Shown here: piece after piece, positions 35,469 to 46,600 of the stretch
Layout of the letters: each line of letters begins with the position of its first letter
Numbering within the stretch: the stretch's first letter is position 1
Source: a virus
Direction: 5' to 3' (one strand)
IMG/VR virus record: IMGVR_UViG_3300008255_000002
DNA: 64,000 nt
Notes under the pieces: model-generated
Seen by the model: the letters and a program-made list of their open reading frames with translations, nothing else
What the model was told of the DNA's origin: nothing
Database searches by the model: none
Program-made: the position numbers and the translations under genes

Positions 35469-36488
35469 ATGAATAATGATGAAATTGAATTAAACGTCTC
35501 TCGTATTATTACGGGGGACGTTATTATTTTATGGAATAATGAAGAACTATTAATTAAAAAACCTGATCGTATCATTAAATATCGTGCCGAGATTTTATAT
35601 CAAAACAAACTTAATGATGCTAAAAATCATGGTTTTTGGGATGAAGAAGAATTATTGGAATTTATGGTTGATTCTGATTTATGGAATAATGAAAATGAAA
35701 AAATATTAAATAAAATAAATAGTGATATACCAGATTTTAAAATCAAATTATATGAAAATTACTATAAAGAAGAATCCAAACAATCAATAAAAAAAATAAT
35801 TTTTTCTGCTGTATCCAAACAAAAAGAGTATTTGATTAAAAGGCATTCATATGATCATTTAACCGATAGAGGTTATGCGCTTACCGCAAAAAACAGATTT
35901 TTAATATCAAATTGCGTGTATGATATATTAGGAAATAAAATTACTCGTGGATTAGATATAGATCAATTATATTATTTATATAGTAAGGTTTTATTAGGGG
36001 ATTCTGATATTAGAACTGTTGCAAAATCTGATATTTGGAAAAATATTTGGAATAATAGAAAGTGTTCTAGTAGTTTGTTTGGCGGTGACGTTGTTGATAT
36101 GACAGATGAACAAAAAATGTTAGCTAGTTGGTCATCTTTTTATGATTCTATACAAGAACACCCTGAAAAACCATCAGATCAAATTATTTATGATGACGAT
36201 GCTTTTGATGGGTGGTTATTAAAACAGCGCAAAGATAAAGAAGTTAATGATTGTAAAAAAGATATTGAAGGATTGATTGATAAAAAAATAGCGAATGCAC
36301 AAGAGGTATTTATTCCTCTAAATAAAGCTGATAAAAAATTTATTAATTCTATGAATTCGGATAGAGCTAAAAAAATTAAAGAAAAACGATTTCAAGCAAT
36401 TAACGATAAAGGAGTCTTAAATCATATAGATTTACCTGATGTTAAACGAGAAGTTCAAATGCAAGCAAATAGGATGAACAATGGATAA
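35469..36488 (+). CDS. Tail assembly-region protein
   Basis: FYDSIQEHPEKPSDQIIYDDDAFDGW; between tail tube and tape measure. Confidence 0.6.
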   Translation: MNNDEIELNVSRIITGDVIILWNNEELLIKKPDRIIKYRAEILYQNKLNDAKNHGFWDEEELLEFMVDSDLWNNENEKILNKINSDIPDFKIKLYENYYKEESKQSIKKIIFSAVSKQKEYLIKRHSYDHLTDRGYALTAKNRFLISNCVYDILGNKITRGLDIDQLYYLYSKVLLGDSDIRTVAKSDIWKNIWNNRKCSSSLFGGDVVDMTDEQKMLASWSSFYDSIQEHPEKPSDQIIYDDDAFDGWLLKQRKDKEVNDCKKDIEGLIDKKIANAQEVFIPLNKADKKFINSMNSDRAKKIKEKRFQAINDKGVLNHIDLPDVKREVQMQANRMNNG

Positions 36489-36810
36489 AAGTGATCAAAT
36501 CAGAGAAGAACTAAAACAGATGATCAATAAGGCTATTTTAACTGTTGGTGTTGGTGAAATAGCAGAAATAGAATCGTTTGTTGGGTTTTTATGGGGTCAA
36601 AATAAACATATTGATCAATTAAATCAAGAAGAATTTGAATGTAGAAAGGAGTGGGAAATAATTAGGAAAAATTTCTTTGATAAGATGAACGATCTAATAA
36701 AAAGATTGGATAAAAAAATAGATTCTTTAGAATTTGAAGAAAGAAAATATACATATATCTTTTATAACAAGAAAAATAATGGGATCAATAAGGAAAGGAT
36801 CAGAAAATGA
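36481..36810 (+). CDS. Hypothetical tail-region protein
   Basis: 109 aa, overlapping both neighbours. Confidence 0.6.
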   Translation: MDKSDQIREELKQMINKAILTVGVGEIAEIESFVGFLWGQNKHIDQLNQEEFECRKEWEIIRKNFFDKMNDLIKRLDKKIDSLEFEERKYTYIFYNKKNNGINKERIRK

Positions 36811-37592
36811 AACTTGAAGAAACTTTTAAAACTGTAGACACTGAAAAAAATGAAATCGAACTATTGGTTCGTAGACCGGATGACGAAGCATTAAACGAAA
36901 GTACAAAAGTATTTTTTGATACATTTAATCATGCAAAAAATGTTTTAAAATCTCCCCTACGTCTACAAAACCAAAATCAACTAAAGGAATTGGGGATCTG
37001 GACAGAAGATAAAGATAAACAATTAGATAAGTTAGAGAAAGATATTAAAAAATCATGTATCAAACTTACCAAAGTTAAAAATAAAAAAGAAGGTCGTAAT
37101 TTAGCATTAAAGATTCGTGAGTTGCGTACCGAATATACAAATCTAATTTCAGAACAGAATTATCTAGACGATCTTACATGTGAAAGTCAAGCCAACAACA
37201 AAAAAATGGATTATTGGGTTTCTGCGTGTACTTTTTATTCTGATACCCTGGAACCGTTTTTCTCTAGTCTTGAAGACTTTACAAAACGTAGAAATGAAAA
37301 AGCAGCTAATGATGCTTATACAGCTATGCTTAAACTTATGTTTGATCTAGATGCTAATCCGCAAAAGAAAAATCCAGAAAATCAATTTTTACTAAAACAT
37401 AAGATGTGTAATGATGATTTATATCTAGTTGATTCGGATGGAAATCTTTGTGATAGAGATTATAAAAAAATTAAATTAGTTAATAACCTTCCATATTATG
37501 TTAATGATAAAGATGAAATTGTAGATGATGAAGGAAATCTATTAAACGAAGATGGGTCTTTGAAATTAGACTTCCCAGACCTAGACGAATAA
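36807..37592 (+). CDS. Tail assembly chaperone-like protein
   Basis: Coiled coil plus acidic LVD.DG repeats; position. Confidence 0.55.
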   Translation: MKLEETFKTVDTEKNEIELLVRRPDDEALNESTKVFFDTFNHAKNVLKSPLRLQNQNQLKELGIWTEDKDKQLDKLEKDIKKSCIKLTKVKNKKEGRNLALKIRELRTEYTNLISEQNYLDDLTCESQANNKKMDYWVSACTFYSDTLEPFFSSLEDFTKRRNEKAANDAYTAMLKLMFDLDANPQKKNPENQFLLKHKMCNDDLYLVDSDGNLCDRDYKKIKLVNNLPYYVNDKDEIVDDEGNLLNEDGSLKLDFPDLDE

Positions 37593-37623
37593 GTGTATCT
37601 TTAAATAGGAATTATTATAATGG

Positions 37624-37663
37624 ACTCTCAATCTTTGCAAATTGATTGAGGGTTCTTTTTTTT
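37624..37663 (+). terminator. Terminator-like hairpin directly upstream of the tape measure gene
   Basis: ACTCTCAATC...GATTGAGGGT followed by TC and T8. Confidence 0.7.
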
Positions 37664-37673
37664 GAGGTAGCAT

Positions 37674-40600
37674 ATGTCAATACCATTAAGCGCACAATTA
37701 CAGATTTCGCCACCACAAAATTTAAATCAAGTTAGACAAGCTATTCAGTCATCGTTGAATGGTGTTAGAGCGGATATTAACGTCGCTATTAAACAAGGAT
37801 CTTTAAATAATATAAGTAGTTTAAATAATAATATTAATAATCTACAATCTAATATTAATAAGATTCCATCTTCTATAAATAAAGCGAATCGTTCCTTTGT
37901 ATCGTTTTCTGATAATATAGCTGTTTCTACAAGACGTATGACAGCGTTTATTATTGGTTTAACTGCTGTATCAAAAATTGAAAGTGCATTTTTTGATGCT
38001 GCTAAATCAGCGCTTGAATTTCAACATGAATTAGTTCGTTTAGGGCAAATTGGTAATGATACACGTAATGATATTGCATCTATCTCAAATGAAGTTGGTC
38101 GTTTAAGTAAAGCATTTGGTACATTTTCTGGTGATTTATTAAAAAGCGCATCGACATTAAGACAAGCCGGTTTTAATATAAAAGAAACTGTTGGTTTTTT
38201 AGAAACTCTTGCTAAAACAACTCTTGCACCAACATTTGATAATTTAGAACAAACAACAGAAGGTGCAATTGCTATCATGAATCAATTTGGTAGTACAATT
38301 AATGATAGCTCTGGTAAAATAGCTTTTCTAGAGAAATCTTTAGGCGCAATTAATAAAGTATCTGCTAGATATGCTGTTGAGTCTAGTGATTTAATTGGTG
38401 CCGTTCAACGTACAGGTGGAGCATTTGAGGCGGCTGGTGGAAATTTAAATGAATTAATTGGTATTATGACTTCTATTCGTTCTTCTACTCGTGAATCCGC
38501 CGAAACAATTGCTACTGCATTACGTACTATTTTTGGTAGATTACAGAGAACCGATACAGTTGAAAGGTTATCACAATTAGGTGTTCAATTACGTATTACC
38601 GCACAAGAGGCGGCACGATCAGGAAAAGAAATTGGTGAATTCGTAGGTCCATATAGAGCTATTCAAGAAATTGGAAAAGCATTAGAGAATGTTCCTAGGG
38701 GAAGTGTGGTTTTCGCCCAAATAGCTGAAGAAATTGGCGGTATTCGTCAATTATCAAAAGTTATTCCCCTTCTAAAAGAATATAAACTTGCACGCGAAGC
38801 AACATTAACCGCTGAACGTGGCTCTTTTTCTTTAGATGCTGATGCGGTTCGCGCACAACAATCTTTAGCTGTTCAATTAAGCAAGACTGCCGAAAATTTC
38901 AGGGATTTATTTAGAACATTAGCCGATAACGACCCATTAAAAGAATTTATTTCAACATCTCTTAAAGCTGTAAACGCATTAATTGAAATGGGTAAGGTTC
39001 TTAAACCTCTTGTTCCTTTATTTTTAACTCTTGGTGGTTTTAAGATTGGACAACTTGGAACAGATACAGTAAGAAAATTAATTGGTGGCGCGGGCGGTAT
39101 ACCATCGGCAAGTATAACAGGTGGAAAATATGGTTATGCTTCTGGAGGAACAGTTAAACGATTTAACACTGGTGGTCCGGTTCCCGGTCATATGAATACA
39201 GATAGCATTCCTTCTCTTTTAACTCCTGGCGAATATGTATTTTCAAAAAAAGCCGCACAAAAAATTGGATATGCAAAATTAAATAAAATGAATCGTGCTG
39301 GTTATGCTAGAGGCGGAAAAGTTAAACCCAAAATGTCTGATATTATCAAACAAATGGGTGATTATGAAGATATTGCCCCTACTCTTGATTTAGACAATTA
39401 TCCAAATCCACCAGATTTAATAGATCCAAAAGCTAGAAAAAATATCGACGAAAGAATCAAGGCTCTTTTTGGACCAAAGATGACACGTAATGATCTTAGA
39501 CCGTTTGAGTTAGGGAGTGGAAAGAAATCTACAGACGAATCATCTTATAATTATTTTACTACAAGGTCTCTTAAAGAAACAAGAAAAGAAAAACGTCCAT
39601 TAAAACTACTTGGATATGAATTTAAAAAACGAAATGTTTATGGTAAAGAAATTCCTCAATTTAAAAGAGATCGTAATGATAATTTTGAAGATGGGATTAT
39701 TAATACTTTATATAGTGAATTTAAATCATATCTACCTAAAAAGTACGATACATACGACTTTGACCCACAAAATAAAATAGATCCACAACCAATAGATAAT
39801 TATATCAAATTCGATCAATCTCGCGGTGGACGCTCACAAGAAAGATATTATCAGAACCAAATCGTTAAAAAAGTTTTTGGCGAACAAAATATCAAACTAT
39901 CAGATTTGCTACCTTTTGAACGTCCAGACGTAACAACTAGCGATATTACCAAAAGAATATCAAAAGAAAAAGATATTACACTAAAAGATTTTCGATCTGT
40001 ATTCGGTAAAAAACCACAGTTAGACCAATTATCTAAAAATACATTAATTTCTGGGTTGGGGAATGGTATCACTTCTGATGATTTATATCCTTTTGAAATC
40101 CCAAATAACAAAACCCAAAAATTACCAAAAAGTATATTTGAACAACAAAGATTCTCCCTTAATACACAAAAAGAATTACGACCATTAAAATTGCTTGGAC
40201 ACGAGTTTCAGAAAAGAGATGTTTATGGCAATATAATCCCAAGATATAAAAAAGATATTATTCGTGCGGCAAAAAGATCAAATCAACCAATAGATACTTT
40301 TGAATTTGGATCAAGAGAACCCGTTGCTGAATTTGGTAATATTCTATTTGATAATTCTCCGCAAGGACAAACTCAGCGAAGAAAATATCAAAATCAAATA
40401 GTTAAAAATGTATTTGGTGAAAATTTTAAATTATCAGATTTGCGTCCTGGCGAACGTCCTGATGTTCAGAAACGCGATGTAATTAGTGGAGATAATGAAG
40501 TTTCTCTATCTCAATTTAGACAAGTTTTTGGAAGAAAACCACGTTTAGAATCTGATATGGTTGATCCTATTGATAGCACTATTGCACAAGTGTTCGGTAA

Positions 40601-43600
40601 AGGTGTTACAAAAGAAGATTTACATCCATCTGATATTCCAACAACTTCGCGTACAAGTATTATTCCTCCTAAAAGACAAAATCCATTATATCTTGGTAGA
40701 AGTCCAGAAGCATTTAGATTTAAAATTCTTGGTAGCGTGGCTTATGGTCCCGATCAATATGATATAGATGGGAACAGAGTTATTTCTGATAGACTTCCGA
40801 AAAAATTCTTTGGTAGAAGTGGGCGCACATATGATACTCGTAAGAGATATCAAACTGGCGGATCTGTATTTAGAGGGTTTGTTCCCGGCGTTGGAAATGG
40901 CGATACTTATCCTGCTGAATTAGAAGAAGGATCATTTGTATTAAGGAAGGCTGCTGTTGAAGCGTTCAAACCATCGTTGATGAGCGAACCAGAAAATAAT
41001 TTATTGTCTCATCAATATGAAATAGCAATGAAATTAAAAGCTATGGGCGGGATGGGTGCAACATTAAGGAAATATTCTAAGGGCGGAATTGTTCAAAAAT
41101 TTAAAGAAGGTGGAACGGTCCCCGGTATAGATAACGAAATTAGAAGAATCTTAAAAAACCTCGGATTAAAAGATATTGATATTAGTGGAATTGTTAAATC
41201 TATTGAAGTAAATCCAGAACTATTAAACTCCCTAAGCAAACAAGGGGCTACACCTAAAGGTTATTTTCAACCGTCGCAACAATTAGGCACATCTGGACAA
41301 ATTACACTAAAAGATATTAGTAAAACATCATTACAAGAAACATTACCTCATGAATTAGCCCATGCACTAGATGACGCTGGTAGATTAAATAGTGGATCTT
41401 TAATATCTGGATCATCCTCAACAATTCAATCTATTTCCGAAAGAGCTTTTGATAGATTTGTAAGCCCCAATAAACAAAAAATATACCGTGATAAAATTTA
41501 TGGCAATCGATATGATAAAATGCGTTCTGTTGAAGGTTTCGCCAATCTATTACAAAGATACCAGAAATATCAGTCTAGTGGTTCAATAGGTAAATTTAGA
41601 CAACGTAAAGATAAAGACCTATTTAATGCTTACGAAAGCGTGATTCTTCCACTTTTACAACAAAATACAGAAGAATTTTTTGGTTCTGCTCCATCACGAC
41701 TCCCCTCTAATATCACTAATTTTGTAACAAAACCAATTAATTTTGGAACATCTACATCTTTGCAACCATCGCCACAAAGTCCAACTCCTGATATACTTTC
41801 ATCATTAGGCAGTATATCTAAATCTCCTAATCTATCATCGTTTATTAGTGGCGGATCAACACCAACTAATCCACCACAACCCCCTAATCAACAACCACAA
41901 TTTCCAAATAATCTTAGATTTCTTGATGTGTTTAGACGTGCTGGATTCGCAACTAAAGAAAAAGGCGATTTTAATCCATTAGTTGATTTAATGAAATCTT
42001 TAGGGTTTAATACTTTTAGTGGTCGAGACGGCGCAACCAAAACATTATCACAAAGAATTGATTTTAATGATCCAAAACAATTAGGTTTTGCTCAAGACGT
42101 TCCAAATACATTATCTAATATTGGTAAAACATTTGATATTCGTCCAGATCAAATTAATAATTTAATTAAATATAATAGAATTGGATTACCTACAAACCTA
42201 GATCCAACAAACGAAGCATTTACCGATCCTTCAGAATTATCTAGCCTTATTGGTGTTATTAATCAATTACAAGGATCAACAGGAACATTCCAAGATACTT
42301 TTGGTAAAATTCCATCAAAAGGTAGATCAAAAACAGATATAACTAAAGATAGAATATCTCAAATTAATTATATTAATAAGTTATCTTCTTTTAGTGGTGG
42401 ATCTTTCAACGTACAAAAAGCAAAAACACCACTACAATCATTACAACAAAATGTTCCTTTATCTGGAAAATTAGATTTAGATAGTTTGGGTTTAAAACCT
42501 AATGAAGTTAATACTCTTGGTGGAATTTCCAAAATTACAAAAATCCCACAGAAGGTAATTTCTGGGGTTTTATTAGGGAAAGGAAAAACTAAAAGAAGTG
42601 ATGAGTTAAGAACGGGATTATTATCATCCGGCGTTTTAGGTGTTAATTCTATTAGTCGTGATGATATTTTACAAAAGAAAAATGCCTCAATTCAAGATTT
42701 AGAGATATTAGCTAAAGGCGGACAATCTTCTATAGAAAGAGAATCTCTTAATTTTAATCAACAAATTAATGATCCTGGATTACAAAATCTAATCATCTCT
42801 CAATTATTAGGTTATCGCGGAATTGGTAGAAATAAAGAAAAATTAGACGCAACATCATTAGGAAATTTACCTATAAACCCGTCTAATTTTAGTAGATTTG
42901 ATAGTGGTGTAACTAGACGTGATGCTAGAAAATCTCAATTCCGCAAAGATTTTGATTTTCTAAAAGATAATAAATTAACAAGGTCTATTGGTGCAGATAA
43001 ACTTATAAATAGAGGATCTTCATTATTAAGTGGTTTTGGAGCCGGATTAAAAGATAAATTCTACACAGAAGATGATGTAATTGCCGCTAGAGAGATTGCT
43101 GAAAAAGAAACTTTAGAAAAACGCGCATCTGGTTTAATTGGGGAAGATGATTTTGTTAGACCTAGCGTTTCTAAAACTGGTTATAAACAAAATAAAAAAA
43201 TTGGTTTATCTAGAAGGCTTGGAAGGCTTCCAGGGAAAATTAGCCGTGGTTTAGGGAAGTTTTCTGCTGGTCTTTCTGGAAGTGCTCTAGGTATTGGTAT
43301 CGGAGCACAATTACTTGCCCAACAATTACCAGATAACACATCTTCTGATGCTGGATTTAAAGGATCTTTACAATATGGATCTACTGGTGCGTTAGTTGGC
43401 TCTGCTTTTGGTCCGCAAGGCGTAGCTTTAGGTGCATTAACAGGCGGTATTTACGGGGCAACAAAAGGATTAGAAGATTTTCAAAAGAAACTATTAGAAA
43501 AAGATTTTGGAAAAGCATTAGAAAGTTTAGATTTTCAATTAACTAAGCTTTCTAATAATTTTGAATCTTTTGATTCTTCTAAAATCACAAATAGTTTTAA

Positions 43601-46600
43601 TAAATTACAAAAAAACCTTGAAAAAAAAAGAAACATTGATGTTGGGTTTATTGGAGATGATGATAATAGACGCGGATTTACAGGAAATGCAGTTCGTGAT
43701 TCTGTAGGTAACAGACTTGATTATTTAGTTAGTTATGTTTCTAATGGGTTTAGTGTTGCTGGCGCTGACGAATCTACTAACGCAAAAACACAACAAAAAT
43801 TAGATGAATTTAATGCTGTTCAAGGAACACCTGTTGTTGATCGTATATTCCAAACAATTGAGCGTGCATCCGAAAGAACTAACGCAAAAGATTTTGAATC
43901 ATTTTTAAAGGAAAACGATGGTTTAGTTGTTAGTTTACTTAATCAGGCTGGTCAATTAAGTTCGACTCCAGGAGAATTATTAAGCGAAGAAGCAAAGGTT
44001 ACCTATGAATCTAATAAACGTGAGACAGAAAGAAGTCTTTCTGTTAGAAAGTCTATATTTGAATTTAACTCCCTAAGTAAAGCTATTAATTCTGTAGTTG
44101 TTCAATTTTCTAATCTAAATGATAATTTAGGGTCCACAACATTATTTGAAGGTGTTTCTACAAGACAATCGAATCTATCTTCAACTGTTGATTTCTTTGG
44201 GACTGCAAACGTTAAAGGTTTTGAAAAAGGTATTAATACTCTAACAAGTGTTATTGGTAGTAATGGATTATCTGGTCAATTTACATCTACCGCCCTACAA
44301 TCAAATAAAATTTTACCAAATTTAGTTAGTGTTATTGGATCAACCCTACAAAGAGATCCTAGTGTTGATGCTAGTGTTGCTTTTAGAGAAAATATTGAAA
44401 AATTCACACCTGGATTATCAAAAGAATTTGTTGATCAATTAGTTGCTGTTGCCGGAACACAATTAAATGAGGCTGATTTTGCAAAGCGTTTTAGAAATAA
44501 TCCTGCCGAAATAGCAACCAATTTATTATCAGATTCATTTCCAAATATAAACGAAACATTATCTAATGTATTTAAGAATCTTGATTCTATTAGTAATGAT
44601 TTTCAAAGTAATGTTGTTAGAACTGTGCGTTTTAGCGATGACATACTTTCTAGTAGAAATCGCTCGGAAGAATTAAGAGGTCAATCTGATCGGTTCCGCG
44701 TGGATAATTTAGCTTTTGCATCCGGTAGATCAAATCCTCTTGATTTCCTTTCCCTAAATCAACTAAGACAACCATTTATTAATCAACAAGCTAATTTAAG
44801 TGGGTTGTCCGCTGATCGCGCTACTGATCCATTAGCAATATCTGGAGCACTTTCAAACACATTAGAATTGATTCGTACAAGACAACAGGAATCGAGCCAA
44901 ACAACAGATTTCCGAGAACAATTAAAAATTAATGAAGAATTAATTCGTTTACAATCTACTGCTGGTAGATTACGCCAATCATTAGAAAATCTTACAGATA
45001 CATCTAAAACAACCGCTGCCGCGCAAGAAAAACTTTCTCAGATTCAAAATGACAGGCAATCTCGGTTAGGGTTTGTTGAAAACTTCTTATCTAGCGATCT
45101 ATCTGGTAGACAGGAAATTAATCGTGCTGCAAATCTAACTAGTATTGCCGCACAACAAGGTACGTTAAGAAATATTGATGCTTCTACAGGTGGCGTTGGA
45201 ACAAAAGAAATCCTTTCATTCTTAAATAGTCTTGGATCTTCACAACTCCCCGGTTTGGGTGGTATTCGTGCGAATGATCTTAAAAATCAATTACTTGCTG
45301 AATTTGGCGGCGGAATTGTTGATGCTGGAGGATTAAATGAACAAGAAGTATTCTTAAGACAATTTATACAGGAACAATTAAATATTGCTAATACATCACA
45401 AAATGAATTAACATCTTTGTTATCTGATGAAAACACCAGATTTAATGAACAACTTAAAGCTAATCTTGTTTCTACTCTTGGTGGAATCCACGCAGATTTT
45501 GCAAGTACACTTTCACAAGAATTAAAAAATGCAAATGATGTAGTTGATATTCGACCAAATCAAGGATTTGTCGGACCACCAAAACCAACAGAAGACGATT
45601 TGCGTGCAGCAGAAGCGGCGATTAATGCTCAAAAAACTCAAGAAGCATTAGCCGATCCTAAAATTCAGGCTGAAATTAAAGCTTTGAATGGTATAACATC
45701 AGGAAAAAAACAAATAAGATATAGACCAGTTGATGGTTTAGGTGGTTCTTTTGGTGGTGGTCTTGGTGGCATCCCAATAGAAGAACCAGCATATAAGAAA
45801 TTGTTCGGTTTGGAAAGTGGAGGAAAAATAACAGGCGGAACATATGGTAAAGATAGTATTCCTGCTATGCTTGCCGGGGGCGAATATGTCGTAAATGCTC
45901 AATCCGCATCGCAAAATATGGATATATTAGAAGCTATAAATAGTGGCAAGAAACCTATCAGAATGGCTAATGGAGGTTTGACACCAAGGTCTAAATTTGC
46001 ATTAAGATTAAGAGATATTGATGAAGAAATTAAGGTATCACAACAATTTATGGAGGATTTTCAAAAAACAAAACAAAATATAACAACTAACTCTCTAAGT
46101 CCAATGAGACAACGTAGTGCTGTTGTTCCACAAAGAGAAACAAGCGGTTTTATTCAAAGATATAGAGATCAATTAGCTCAAAGTCAAGCAAATAATCAAC
46201 CCTTACCCAAAGATACAGGTATTGATCCTGTTACCGCTGATCGTTTAGCAAGATCCAAGAGTGTTAGTGTTGGTGGTGACGGATTAAAATCTTTTAGTGA
46301 TGAAAGACGACAACAATTATCAGGTGTAGTGGACCGTAGACGTAAAAAAGAACAAGATAGTATTCGTAGAAATATAGATTTTGTTGCGAATAGAGGAATG
46401 GGATCATTTACACAAAATCAAAATCAACAACAAGAATTCCATATGAATCCTGTACAACCAATGAATGATTCATCATTTAAAAACTCTGTAGGGGTATTAA
46501 ATAATAGCTTCCAAATATTCCAAGAAACAGCTACAGAACTTGCTAAAGTTTTATCTAATTTAAGTATTCAGGTTGAAAGAAATGGAAAAATTGAGGTTGT

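Noticed and set aside
34390-37592. Contractile tail sheath or a programmed tail-chaperone frameshift
   Set aside because: No sheath-like ORF was recognised, and the three chaperone-region genes have their own starts.
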